From Phoronis australis (Eukaryota; Animalia; Phoronida), in assembly GCA_002633005.1 (NCBI GenBank), contig NMRA01000285.1, positions 233,505-297,504 of the forward strand: a stretch of DNA of 64,000 bases, given 5' to 3'. The translations under genes were made by a program, and so were the position numbers. The notes under the pieces were generated by a model. The model did not search any database. It saw only the letters and a list, made by a program, of their open reading frames with translations, and was not told the DNA's origin. Below, in pieces: positions 1 to 38,688 of this stretch. Every line of letters starts with the position of its first letter. The stretch's first letter is position 1.

Positions 1-739
1 GCTAATTATACGGTGTAATGGAAAGATCTGAAATAAATATTAGCTATTTTATTCACTGCTTTAAAGATTTAAAATAAACAGACAAGAATTGCAGCCTTAT
101 TTAAGGATTTTAACTTCGTTCGAAAATGGCCGGTTACGAATGTCACACTGTCAAGTCCGAAAATTTGCTCGATTTTGAGATCAAACTGTGAATTCTGTAA
201 AAAGTCTGAAAGATTACCACATGAAACTATCTCTGTTATCTCTTCAACATATTAACTTTATAATAAAACTGTGTTCACCGCTTAATAACGACAGAAACGG
301 GCATAAATTATCATGTTTTTGACATCACTGTGATTGTACCCCTTAACGTGACCTTACCCAAATGTCATCATCTACCTACAAATCATTTAATCCTTTGGCC
401 TCTCAGCATGTGCTGATACACCACCAGCAAAAATATTATGCAATGCCCAGTAGGTTTCATATAAAAATGACTACGCCAAAGTCCTCTGACTTATCCAAGT
501 CATGGTGGAAATTGTACCTTTAATAGGAAATTGTAAGAAAATCAACTGGTATTTTATCTTAGTTTAGTTGCGAATTTTCAGCTGCACTTTGGTAATTTTT
601 AATGAGATTTGAGGTAGTCACTGTCAATTTTTATTAAACCATAACTTAGTTTGTTCCTTCAGTATTATGCCTTGTCCCTGTTTTGTTTATATTATTTCAT
701 TATAATAATTGTTTATTTTCCAGATTGGTCCGTTGACTG

Positions 740-1768
740 ATGACCATGAATGATTTTGAATTGGACCGATTCACTGATGTACCATCAGAATTTTCTGATG
801 TTGTTGGTGAACACTTCACTGATGAAGAGTTCTTTGGTACCACTATTGATGCCCTTCTTGGTGTTCCTGTTGTGTGGGACTTTACGAGTGCTTTTACCTA
901 TGGAAAAACGTATGTGCACCCTCTAAGCTGGAGTTTTCAAAAGCTAACTCCACAAGCCTTGAAAACAAAATGGCATTTTATCAAGCAGGTGAAGAATATG
1001 TGTTGTCTCAAGTCAGATGTTAAGTGGAATTTTAAGAAGCAATTACCGGATACAAGCACAGTAAACTGGAATTTCATCAAACAGTTGAAACCACAGTCTG
1101 GAATCAACTGGTCATTTGTTAAACAGCTGGTTGAGGCCAGTTCAATTAATTGGGGGTTCACAAAGCATCTCCCTCACCAGCCTCCGCTCAATTGGGCTGT
1201 GTTTATGAGGCAAACACCACAGGTCAGCACTGTGAACTGGAACTTCTCTAATAGACTATCTACTATTTCCCCCTTGCGTTGGGCATTTTCTCAACAAGTA
1301 CCTCAAACAAGTTCAATTAATTGGGCCTTTCAGCGTCAGACAGAATTGGACCGACATGTACGTTGGACTTTCACCAGTCAGCTGGAGTCAGACCAAGTCG
1401 TCAATTGGTCATTTTCTAAGCAGACACCTGAAAGCAGTTCCATGAAGTGGCAGTTCAGCAAACAACTTCATGCAGGAGGAGGTCTGATTTGGGGATTTCA
1501 GCATCAATTAGTTGAGCGAGAGCGCGTCCCATGGAATTTTGTGAGCATGACGAAAACTTTTGCTGGCTTCTCATGGAATTTCACTCATAATCTTGACTAC
1601 AGCTCAAGGTTTAACTGGAATTTCCCCTCTATGTCTAAGAACATTGTTCCTCTTAGGTGGAATTTTCCATATCTGTCAAATTACCAGTTCATGGATCAGG
1701 AAATGGCCTTGAAAGACAACCAAAATTTCAAGGAGAATTACTCTCGAAATTATGACAACCCCCGCTAA
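740..1768 (+). CDS. Uncharacterised 342-aa tandem-repeat protein (about 19 W-x-F repeats, 14-aa period), single coding exon
   Basis: Longest ORF in the window. Pyrimidine tract and CAG acceptor end at 723; an in-frame TGA at 734-736 precedes the ATG at 740, so the ORF is complete. W/F spacing is conserved while the DNA of the units has diverged, as expected for a real coding sequence. Confidence 0.85.
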   Translation: MTMNDFELDRFTDVPSEFSDVVGEHFTDEEFFGTTIDALLGVPVVWDFTSAFTYGKTYVHPLSWSFQKLTPQALKTKWHFIKQVKNMCCLKSDVKWNFKKQLPDTSTVNWNFIKQLKPQSGINWSFVKQLVEASSINWGFTKHLPHQPPLNWAVFMRQTPQVSTVNWNFSNRLSTISPLRWAFSQQVPQTSSINWAFQRQTELDRHVRWTFTSQLESDQVVNWSFSKQTPESSSMKWQFSKQLHAGGGLIWGFQHQLVERERVPWNFVSMTKTFAGFSWNFTHNLDYSSRFNWNFPSMSKNIVPLRWNFPYLSNYQFMDQEMALKDNQNFKENYSRNYDNPR

Positions 1769-2174
1769 TTAAAAGCCGAGAAAGCAGTTTGTTTGTGAAT
1801 GGCTTGACAAGGTTTTGTATAGGGTCAGTGAAAGCTAACAACCACACCAATTGCATGTTACATGTGGTATTTTTATTTTCAGCCTGTGACAAGTTTTGTG
1901 CATTTTTTAACTCATATGAAATCAGAGACAATGACTAACTTGTAGTCCGATGTGAGAATGCAGTGAGCTTAAAGCCAGAATTCTGGTAATTTTGCATACT
2001 CATTGATAGGTGATCAGACGTGTTTATCTCAAGTTTAAATGAGACTTTATCTTGGAATGTTATTTTTGACAACCTATATATTTTGGAGTTTGAAGTGTAC
2101 CGTATTGTTTCTTGATATAGAATTTACATTTGGAGTTTATTATTGAGGTAAACTTTTGCTGTATTCTTGCCTCT

Positions 2175-3800
2175 TTATGCACCCACAATTACTTATACGT
2201 GGATGCATTATGCTGTCATTGCCGTCTGTCCGACATCCACTGCTCTACCTATAAAACCCTTTAATGTATGTTCATGAAATTTTGAGCGTGTGTTACATTC
2301 ATGAATGGGATGGTATGAGTGAACTTTCGGATGAATCCAACTTCTGGTGTGCCCCCTAGTGGCAATTTTAGAATTTTACGTTTACCTCTGTATCTTCAAA
2401 GGTCTTCAATGGATTATCATAAAATTTGGTTTATAGGCATATATTAGTGAGGTGACGCTATGCTCTCAATTTCAGGCGGATTCGAGGTATTGTGCACCAC
2501 CTATTGGCCATTTTTACCATTTTTGAGTCTTGTTTTTGGTGTCCGTCCTGCTAAGAATGAATGTGAAAATTGTCATGTATGTTCTTACTATGAAGACAAC
2601 GATGATTTTCCGATGACTTTGACTACTGTGGTGCCTCCTAGTGGCAGTTTTTCTTTTTGCGCTCAGGGCTGTATCTCCTTAACACTATGCAATATCTTTA
2701 CTAATTTTAGCAAGTGCATTTGAAGTTGACAAAGAAAGACGACAACTTTTGGATGGAGCTGACTACGGGTGTGCCCCCTAGTGGCAATTTATTTTTTATG
2801 TTTACCTCTGAATCTTCAAAGGTTCTCAATGGATTTTCATAGGCATCTATTGGTGAGATGTGATGCTATCCTCCCGTTTTCAGATGGATTCGAGAAATTT
2901 TGCACCACCTACTGTCCATTTTTGCTGTTTTCGAGTCTGTTTTTTGGCATCTGCCCCTCTGTCAACCAAAGCATTCTAAGGATGATTGTGGCAATTGGCA
3001 TATAGTATGTTCTTAGTGTGAAGAGGACTTTTGACGATGACGACTTCAACTACTGCGCTCATAGTTGAATCTCCTAAACCCACTTCAGGATTTCTGTTAA
3101 TAACTACTGTATTCATATTAAGTTGACAATGGAGAACGACGATTTTCAGACGGATCCGACGAATACTGTGCCCCTAGTCGCAATTTCATTTTTTTCCCAT
3201 TTCCTCTGTTTCTCTGACGTTCTTTTGTGGATTTTTATGAAATTTAAGAAATATCTTTTTATCAAAAATGATGACATTTTCCCATTTTCGGATGGATTCA
3301 ATATATTTTGCGCCATCTTTTGGCCATTATTACTGTTTTCTAGACTTGTTTTTTTATCCGACACTCTATCAACCAAACCACAATGAGGATGATTGTGAAA
3401 AGTGGCATATATATGCTTTTAGTGTAAAGAAGATGGTGGACTATTTTTCTGACGACTTAGACTGCTGTGTTGCTTTCTAGTGGTAGTTTTTGTTGTCCTC
3501 ATTGCTGTATCTCCTAAACCTACTGTAGGATCTTTAATTAGCAAGTTAGTGTATTTAAGAAGTTGAAAATGGACGAGGACGACTTTCAGACGAATGTGGC
3601 AAGGGATGTGCCCCTAGTGGCAATTTCATAGTTTTCCTTTTTCCTTTGTTTTTCTGAAATGATGCCATGTTCCCATTTTTTGATGGATGAGATGTATTTT
3701 GCGCCATCTAGTGGCCATTTTAATGATTCAAATATACAGTCCTAGAAGCACAACTTTTGCGATGCATTTATGTGTGCATTTCAACGTGTTGCTCTCGTTT
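2175..3800 (+). mobile_element. Helentron-associated non-autonomous element (HINE/DINE-like), copy 1, diverged
   Basis: 5' hairpin TTTATGCACCCAC...GTGGATGCATTA, GTCC-like microsatellite, about 150-bp subrepeats with CCCCTAGTGGC, and 3' end GTGTGCATTTCAACG..TTGCTCTCGT. Homologous to the copy at 25618. Confidence 0.75.
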
Positions 3801-5540
3801 CAGAATCCATTAACTAGAAAAGTACTGAATGCTGAAATTGTCAGTTTGCCTGAAATGTTTGAGTTTAGTTAGGAGTGCTTATATCCAGTTGTTAGAAATC
3901 TCCAGCATTTATTTATCAATTTTTGTAACTTTCTGTCTTTTGGGGCAACAATAATATTTACATATAACCTTTTCAATGCAATTTATAAACTTTAGATCTG
4001 TTGTATTATATGCATTTTACAAATACAGTATTGCTTCTACTACAGTCTACTGCTACTACAGTACTGTTGTTACTACCACAACTGATAACAAAACATTTCA
4101 TGTGACACTTATGGGGCAAGACACAGAAAAAATGAACTCTCCGGCTTCCAGTTCTTGACTTAGATTTTCTTATTTGGAAAGTCGTGCAAGTAAACTAGCC
4201 TGATGGGTGTCATTACTTTCTTATTTGGAACCCTAGAAAAATGTCCAAATTCGACGAAATTCGGAACTTCCATAATGGCTGATGGGATGCATATGAAACT
4301 AGTATGCTTTGCGCACTGTTCTTCAATCCACTAGTTTCAATTGTTTTTCAAATGTGCCTCTTTTGCGTGACTGGTATCAAAACGTTGAACTTTGGCCGAA
4401 CTTTTATTACTAAAATAAAATGGTCACATTACCCAGTTAGTAGCAGATTGAAAAAGTCGCAAATCACCTTCTACTGCCTTTCCACTATAATTTAGTTAAT
4501 TCTATAGTTTTGTATTTATTTGGCTTAATAAACAATGCCTAAAGGGAAACAGTACAATGAACACTATTTTTGTTATTCTCTGATGTAGATACCAGTGTTT
4601 AAGTGAGTCAATGGTGGTCGCTGAACTCTGTCACCGTGGTCAGCCTTCTCAATGATTACATGTTGTTGTGTGTGACATCATCATTTATATTCCACAATGG
4701 GCATAAGTACAGCTACAGAATTTGTTCAAACGTCTCAGTTGCCCACCTGTGCGATTAGTGGATCAGCTGTGTGGACATTTTTTGTGGCTGCTGACATTAC
4801 GAGTCCTGAGGCAGGAGTCTTATCTCCAAACTTGAAATTAAACCAAAAATTGTTTTTCACATTTTCTGCCATAGTTGTGTGCAAACTCAAGATCCAGGTC
4901 ATCTAGTATTAGCGCAGAATATTAGACGCTATTAGCACAAAAGCGAAATGGAAAATGACAAAAATAATGTTGAATTTCATTTCAATTACGAAGACTACCC
5001 AGGCCTAAAAGGTAAGAGGGTGTTATTGATGGTAAAGATCTGCATTGACTTGTTTGAGACATTGTGCGATAACAGGAACTGATTTCACGAGAACTAAAAC
5101 TGCATTTAAGAACATACTTTAAACCAGTCCCAAGTTTGAAATATACTGCTTTTGTCAGAACAAACAAGGAGGATTAGTTCATTGATAAGTTTCACGCCAA
5201 GTTGAGACAGTAGACTGTCAACCGTGACTTTCACGATGTAGATAGAGAAATAGTCACAAGTATCCATAGTTGCTCTTCACAGTGTTTACGCCGCATGCAC
5301 GCACCCAGCCTAAAAAATGGGGGACTCGAATTTTTGAGAATGTGGACCTTTTACTAAGATTCACAGGGTACGTTCAGAGCTATTAATTGTGCATTCACCG
5401 AATTTCGGAAGTTCCTGTCTTTTTAGTGTACTTTTGTCTCGTTTTCTACTTTTTTCGAAGTTTTTGTTTATCTGAGGTGGACCTTTTTCCCCATTTCACC
5501 AAATGAGAGGGCTCGTTCGAGCCCCCTGCCGGGTGAGCGC

Positions 5541-5810
5541 TTGCACCGCAAAGCCTGCAAAACACCATTACTTACCTTACAGGATCTGTTGAAAGAGACT
5601 CGAGCTTTGGAAGTCGGTGAAGGTCAGGCATTAGAAACTGATCACTTGACAGTGACCAGTTGGCCTTTTTGTGCTAACACATTCGGCCAAGTCGGAATCG
5701 ATTCGAGACGAGAAATGCTTCAAATGTAGTGGTGATTGGCCTCACTCTGAGATTCTTGCAGCAAGTGCATTTTACTATTTGTTATACCAAGCGGTAAGCA
5801 TTTAAGGCAA
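5541..5810 (+). pseudogene. Decayed Ty3/Gypsy gag fragment
   Basis: LHRKACKTPLLTLQDLLKETRALEVGEGQA resembles the Gypsy gag LRRRAL..LTL..LL...RALE..E.QA segment. It is followed in another frame by CFKCSGDWPH, the start of a zinc knuckle. Frameshifted. Confidence 0.5.
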
Positions 5811-6842
5811 GCCACCCACATGCCCATCAAAGCTGTGGACCATGATTTAGATTCTGGCATCAATGTGTAGTGTTTTGGTAAGTTGTCCGTTACAGGAAAC
5901 ACGACAGGTCGAAATTCAGTATTGCTATTAACAGGAAACGGTTACTTTCTGACTCTAAGGTAACTTTTAACGTTGTTAGTTTGGAGGCTGCCCATTGGTT
6001 GAATGTATGCATACAGTCACGTACTCGGATATTTTTGAATGGGTCAAATGCTAATAGTGCATCGACTTATCGCTTGCATGCATCTGACATTTAAACAATG
6101 TTCACTTTTATTCCACACAAATGGCATCCATAAAACACACCATGTCAAAAAATCACTTGGATTAACACAAATGTTAAATTCACCAACTGTGCATTAAATA
6201 GAAGCATTCACTAGGTAACCAAATGGAATTCTCAGCCCACAAACTGTCCAGTGTTAGTGAACGTAGTTCTCACTCAACATATAGGTATAAGCACATCCTT
6301 CATTTGGACCATTCTGTTACACGGAATTACGGTTTACAAAGAACAAAAACATGTATTTCCCAGTGTTTTGCAGCATGTAGTTTTGACTGGGTGGGTGTTG
6401 TTCCCTATCAAGGGCACAACAATGCATCTAGATGAATTTCTTGAGGTGAAAATAAATCTAGTTTATTATCTGAATTCAACATTCAGCCATCATGCAGTAG
6501 TTGTGGTTGTAACATTTTACAATTCAGTCAATATGTCTAAAATTTTTGAAAACCATCATAATTATCAACACTGTTTCATCTTACATGCTGATCTCAGGGC
6601 ATAATGGTGAAAGATTGTCCTCTTGTTGGATAATTCTTCTTTGAAAAAAATGCATTACTCCCACTGAACCTGACCTACATCTTTTAGGCAACGTTAGCAT
6701 CAGCCCAAGGTCACGTCTTAGGTTCACAACTCCATCTTATGTGCACTGATGTGAAAGTTTTACACTAACGAAACTGCATAATATTTGTTGGTCAACAGTA
6801 GTCTATGTGCAACATGTATAAAAAAAACACCTCCTGGGGGCA

Positions 6843-9800
6843 TCACCTGTCCTTTCTTCTTCGTTTAGCAGAACTAGGTGTGTCTTTGTCAACAATGGGA
6901 GTCTGTAACTGTTGGGCCTCGGTGAGACGTGTTCGTTTACGACTTGCTTTCGGCGATGTTTCTGGCGTCTCAGACCCACTACTGGCGGATGTGATACCTG
7001 TTAGTTTTATCGTTGTCTTGAGAGATTCTGAAAATTTCAAAACAAGCATAAGAAATTACACACACATTTACCATACAAAAATACTTGTTAATTTAAATTA
7101 GAAGTACGACATAAATCTAACACATTCAGCATCTACTTTCTATCAATGATGAACAAGAGTATTATGTTATACTAATAAATTTGGACTGTTTTTGATGACT
7201 ACCATCAAGTTACTTCATTGGTGTAACCCAATTGATGACCATAGCCTTACAAGGCAATTTCGGCCATTAATATATTGAACAGAAGCATGAAAACATGGTG
7301 AACAAGAGGATCAAGTCTAATGGAACTGAAACTGGACTAGATTAGAACCTATCCAGGGTTTATATTCTTCTTGAGACTTCAGAAACTTAATTAAATAATT
7401 CAACTGGAGATAAATACGTTATTTACACTGTTGAAGCAAGGTCTATCCAATAGTTTAGACATTCTGCTGGCATTTAGGATTTTATAATAACTTTCCCCAG
7501 GTTGCCCCTCATTACTAAACAAACTTGAGGTTCTAACCACAAAGGATTGAATTAAATTCTACTGTGTTTAGTCCTTTTTGGAAACCCAAAGTAGAAACAT
7601 TTCAGGCAAGCTAATGTAGACAGGTCAACCTCAAACATAATATTGTTTAACAGCTCCAGTTACTGTGTGAATTCCACACATATTTATTATAGTTGAGCTC
7701 TAAATATTTTTACCAATAGAGAAGTTGCACATTTTTTCCTGCTGTCGGGGGCTTTTAGAGCTTTAAACGCAAAGAGTTAACATCACTTACTGATGTTGAT
7801 CTCAGCCAAATGCATTTAAAAGGATACTAAACCCATATTTTGGTGATTTTGCCCAGAACTGCAACCATCACTGCTATTTTATAATTAGTATTAATTAGAA
7901 AGATGAAAGCGTTTTTCGTCTAAATCTCTATCCTCAGTGTCGCAAAATGGATTGAGTAGGTCCAGTCGCACGGCCTTTTCCCACTGATTGTCCATCAACT
8001 CACCAGAAGTGTGAGTCACACTTTCCAATTAACAGATTTTGTAAGGAATTACCAAATTTGAATCAAATGTTTAAGGTATACAGAGCATTTATCACTAAAT
8101 GCAAAGTTGGCATTAATACCTGTCAATAGTCGAAATTTGGGTTTAGTATCCCTTTAAGCACTCATAACCACAGTAGGAACAGTCAATAGAGTTGAAGACA
8201 TGAATATCCAATCATTTTCATCTCGTAACTATTGCCATATTCAATTAAAGCAGCTAAATGCCCACCTGGCACTATAAAAATAACTTTTGGTTTAAACCAC
8301 TTCCTGTTATTAAATTGGTGTCATATTGTTCGTTAGTCAAAATGTGAGTTCAGAGCTTCGAAAAAAATGATAACTTGTAAGTGATTGAGACCTGACTCGC
8401 AGCGTTGACTTTTTACAGTGTAAAATGACTGAAACATAAGGCACTGTTGGTTTTACAAACTTCAGTAAACTTTAGCCTACTGGTAAAATCTCACCCATGT
8501 CGGACGAAAAGAATTCCCAAAATATCACATTCCTCAGCTGTCAAGGACTTCAGACACTGTAACAGTTGCAAATGATCCAATCTTTTCAAAATATTGCCTC
8601 ATGGTAGCTATAGTTCACAACTAGAATATGGCAAATCATCATTTTGCCATTATCATCATTTAAATAAAAAATGAGAAAATGAAGTTTAACCTGTCCGTCG
8701 TAGTGTTTTCTAAACTGGTGAGATTTTACTGTGTCTCCAGCAGTCAAGCCATAGACTTCCCAACTGCTTCAACTACTTACTCTCATCTGTAGAGGATATA
8801 ACTGCCTCTTTTATCATTCTTGGATATTCTTTCTTCATGAGTTCCTTATAGTCATCCTCTGGTAACTCAAACGTCTTTTCTTTGTTGGGGAATGGCAACA
8901 CTTCCGATTCATTCTGAAGAACAAAAATTAATATAGTAATTTGAGGATTATGCTGAAGGCAGCACACATTATGCATACAAATTTCATACTGCATTTCCCC
9001 CTGTTTCGTCACTTTAAACACAAAACACATTTTGATCTCTAACAAGAAGAGTTTCAGTGTTTAAAACATTACTGGGTAATGGTCTGATATAACGTGCCTG
9101 AATTTTGAGAACCGGTTTTCCCCACTAAATAACGGGCATCAAACTGGTTCTCAAAATGCAGGCACGTTATAATATTAGACTGTTGCCCATTACTGTGTCC
9201 AAACAATCCCAAATTGGTGTTGACTGAGCCGGTAAGTGAAGTTCTAAACATTGCACATAAGCCAGGACAACAGCATATCTGTCAAAGGATTTTGTGTCAT
9301 TCAGCTCTGCGCCACCATAATCCTGTCATGTCAACAAAGCGTCACAACTCACCAGGGCACCTGTATATACATAGTAACATACCACACTACATATTAGGTC
9401 AAATAAAAAGCGTTAGTTGGTTGTGGTCTGTGCTGTTCCAGAAAGACGAGTCAGTAGTGATGTATTTTTTCTTAGTTTCTCACTTTTTCAAAAACGAAAA
9501 TTTACTCAAGATGATGAGAAATGACACAGGGTTTGCTTCTACTACACTTGGCAAATCAAAGAGTTTTAAATCTAACTTAATATGTTTTTGTGCAGCTTTT
9601 CAATAAAAAAATACAAGACATTTCCTGAAAGTGACATGGGCGGGCACTTTTTTAGTTGATGACTGGAGGTCTCGAAATGAGACGAGAACATAGCAGAACC
9701 AATTATCACGCTTATTTGGCATAACACAAAATTTAACTTAGGGTCACCAATAACGCATTCACACTTCATTAGCCATGGACAACCTGAGAACTTGGGGAAC

Positions 9801-12800
9801 ACCATTTGGAAGTCCTATTGTTGAAATCTTGGGTAAATCCCAGCTGAGGTCATCACTCATACATGTACTCGCAGAAATGGTCAGTAATGTGTAGCGTGAC
9901 TGACCTATCTTTGAATGGAAATCTCTGCACACCGACTGCAGTGGTGGTTGTCTGGGAACGATGTCACAGAAAAAGCTAACAGCTTCTATCATAGAAAATG
10001 TTACAAGTCAGTTGGCGCGCAAGTCTAAAATGTTTCTTTCAATTTTATAACGACTGAAACCATAATTTTTGGATCATACTTTCGAGTGTTTGGTAGTATC
10101 TTTTTAAAGCAGATCTACACCACATTCTGTTTAAGAAGCAAACTACGTGCACTTTCAAACCCCTGGAATTCCTTCCAACTTGACTAAGTAACAATTGGAC
10201 ATCAATTTCAATCATTTATGGTGTCAGAGTGATCTGAATCAATATTTGGTTTTGTGATGGGAAGCAAGTTTATTGTTGCCGCACTTCATGCCAAATGTAG
10301 TATATTAACATTGACTTAGTACTTACCAAGGCCTCTAAGTTGTACATCTGACTTAAGTGTTCCCATATTTGATTTGTAGTCAGGTTCTTCTGTGTGGCGT
10401 TATTAATTCTTTCTTGAATACAAAGGATTTGGAAGTGTCTGTGCACACCTAAAAGTTAATGAGTAACAACAGTGATTAAATATTGGAGCTTGGGGTAAAA
10501 TTTTAGCAATGGAAATTTCAAGTCATACTAGATGGCCTAAAACGTATGGGAATCAGGCTGATGACTAAAATCACACCCAACAATAGAAATCAGTGCACCG
10601 CAAATTTTTAGCTCAGGCTAGCTGGCTGGGAGGCAATTACATCACCCTGAATGCTCGCGGGCATACAGGGGCGATAGTACATCCCCACAAAAAGTTACGA
10701 ATTTCAAAATACAGGAAATAAAATCAAATGAAACATGCATATATGCAAATGGAGTTATAATCATCATACTATTATAAGTCTGGAGACGATAATTTGAATA
10801 AATTGATGAAAATCTGTCGTGGTTTGCTCGAGTTTCTCTTACCGGGTGCCACTTTAAGGAAGTTACGTGAAATCACGCATGTAAAAAATCCAAGGAACAC
10901 AAATCTTACAAATTTCACCTGATACCTTCCCATGCTATTTTGCAAGTGTCACGTGGGCCAGCGACACGCAGGCCAGCATCATGTGCTTTGCTCAGTCGTG
11001 CGCTAGCCTTTGCTTAACTCACGTGACTCAGTTGAAATACTTAGTGCTTATTGCGTGTGTGGTGAAAAAGTTAACGATGATCAAAAAGTGGAGTTGGAAT
11101 TCTTCACCAAAGTTACCTTAATTGTCATAACTACTTCATGTGCCAATGTTTGTAAAAAAATGGCCACTACAGATAAAATATGACACAAAACTAGTGTCAT
11201 TAAAAACTAGAGTCTTCCTTGAGTAGACTAAATTATTTAGGCCCCAGTTTGCAGCGGGTTTCTTTTTTTATAGTCGATAGATCTTCCGAACAGAAGGTTC
11301 AAATTATATTAATTATACCCGGCTAGCTAGCCTTGGTACAAAGCTGTATATAAATATACAGCTTTGCACTGATGTGGGTAAAAAGTGGTAAGATAAAATC
11401 TGACACAAAATTAGTGTAGTTAAAAACTACAGTCTTCATTGAGTAAACAAAATTATTTAACAGTGTTGGCGTTCTACCGTTATTCTGCTGCTAAAGTTGT
11501 GGACCGATCTTTAGCGAAGGCCTTCTGCACCATGAAATATTGTGTCACCTATTGGTCAGTTTCTTTTTTCGCCGTTCTGCTGTTCTTTCAAGAGCTTGCG
11601 TACACGTCGCAACAAATTATTGGAACTGATTTCACTTCATTACAAGTGTTTAGAATTTCGATAACGAAAAACCGAATTTCAGAACAATTTTGCTTCTCCG
11701 AAGTTGTCGTGAAAATTTAGGAAATGGCGCGTGACACGAGCGTATTGTTTTCAAAACGACGACATACTTTTGATTGTTAGAAAAGGCGGAGTTATGCAAG
11801 AAAATGACTTTTATTGCATTGTTTTTCACTTAACGGCTGTAACGGGCAAGGTGAGTGTAGGTTGATTCCCAGATTTTGCATGCACCCGTCCGGTCTTTAG
11901 CTTTATATTTTGATACAAGAACTACACTGGCTGCGTGCCGGTAGCCAGTCAGCTAGCTGTATGAAGACTGTCGTCAAAATACAGCTAGGTACCACTGTGT
12001 GTATTTGTTCCGTAGAACCCGAAATTGCACGCAGCCAGGATAGTTCTGCTCATCACCTCGCCGTGAAACCTGTATCAACATGTAAAGCGAAAGACCGGAC
12101 GGGGTGCATGCAAAATCTGAGAATCAACCGACACTCACCTTGCCCGTTACAGCCGTTTAAGTGACAAACAATGCAATAAACGTCATTTTCTTGCGTAACT
12201 CTCCGCCTTTTCTAACAATGAAAAGTAAATCGTCGTTTTGAAAACAGTGCCCTCATGTCACGCGCACGCGCCATTTCCTAATTTGTGCAACAACTTCGGT
12301 TTTTCGGTCGAAATTCTAAAAACTCATAGTGAAGTGAAACCAGTTCCAATAATTTGTTGTGAGGTGTACGGAAGCTCGTGAAAGAACAACTGGCCAATAG
12401 GTGACGCAATATTTCATGGTGCCGATAGCCGTCGCTCCACAACTTTAGCAGCAGAATAACGGTAGAACGCCATTTTTTCCAACACTGTTAAATAATTTTG
12501 TTTACTCAAGGAAGACTGTAGTTTTTAATGACATTAATTTTGTGTCAGATTTTATCTTACCACTTTTTTTACCCACATCGGTGCAAAGTTGTATATTTAC
12601 AGCTTTGTACCAAGCCTACCAAGGCAAGGCTGCTACCGGCCAGCTGGCTTGCAGACTCATACCCGCCAAATTTTACTCCACAAAAATTAAAGTGTAAAAC
12701 CAGATTCCTTATAATGACTTGTTTTTAATAGTAGCTCACCTACTGGTTTATGCTTCCGCATAGCATGAAACAAACTCACTTCAAGTTCTACAGTCCAACT

Positions 12801-12821
12801 TATTTGCTCCTTCGCCGCCAT
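6843..12821 (-). CDS. MRGBP: MRG/MORF4L-binding protein (Eaf7 family, NuA4/TIP60 subunit), 173 aa
   Basis: Exons 12821-12740, 10448-10327, 8913-8781, 7027-6843 with GT-AG junctions and matching phases (522 nt). Protein MAAKEQISWTVELEVSLFHAMRKHKPVGVHRHFQILCIQERI...[24 protein letters not shown]...SSAKRRRKDR matches MRGBP signatures. Confidence 0.95.
7820..8153. mobile_element. MITE with TTAA target duplication (Kolobok-like)
   Basis: TTAA|AAGGATACTAAACCCA ... TGGGTTTAGTATCCCT|TTAA. Confidence 0.7.
9088..9171. repeat. About 85-bp palindromic repeat (MITE remnant)
   Basis: TATAACGTGCCTGAATTTTGAGAACCGGTTT ... AAACTGGTTCTCAAAATGCAGGCACGTTATA; second copy at about 58878-58964. Confidence 0.6.
11328..12618. 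mobile_element. Foldback-type non-autonomous DNA element with about 590-bp inverted arms (TAGCC termini; Academ-like is tentative)
   Basis: Left end TAGCCTTGGTACAAAGCTGTA, right end TACAGCTTTGTACCAAGCCTA. Arms about 11328-11917 and 12071-12618 are reverse complements. Lies in MRGBP intron 1. Confidence 0.8.
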
Positions 12822-13107
12822 ATTGCATGCTGAGTTAATTTTGTTTTATTTATTTAGTCATCGCATGTAGTATTCGATAATTTTTGTCGTCAAATTCAGA
12901 CAATGAAAAAAGAATATAAACCTTTTCAGGTGTTTTAATAACTGTAATAAAATAAGTCAACAGAAATATAAAAGTGTATATTCAAAACGAAACTGTCTAA
13001 AGTGATTTAATGTTAGCTTTTTACAAGACTGCACGCTTTCTGAATGTGACAAGTGTTCAAACTTTTGTTGATTTCATCGCCGTTGCTTCCCCGTAAGCAG
13101 CGTTAAA
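12822..13107. promoter_or_regulatory. Bidirectional promoter MRGBP/DDX43
   Basis: Divergent ATGs separated by only 286 bp; YY1-like AATATGGCGGC overlaps the MRGBP start. Confidence 0.7.

Positions 13108-38688
<25,581 letters not shown>

Noticed and set aside
734-739. Upstream coding exon or Sec readthrough for the W-x-F protein
   Set aside because: In-frame TGA two codons before the ATG and no SECIS evidence; a 5' UTR intron is simpler.
2460-3480. Hydrophobic short ORFs (also 19214-19897, 26518-27211, 36862-37300)
   Set aside because: Spurious translations of the T-rich HINE repeat, with frames not conserved between copies.
11439-12164. Recurrent ORFs such as FYRYSAAKVV.. (also 16321, 49626, 50261)
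   Set aside because: Similarity reflects the shared foldback repeat; frames shift between copies and there is no transposase motif.
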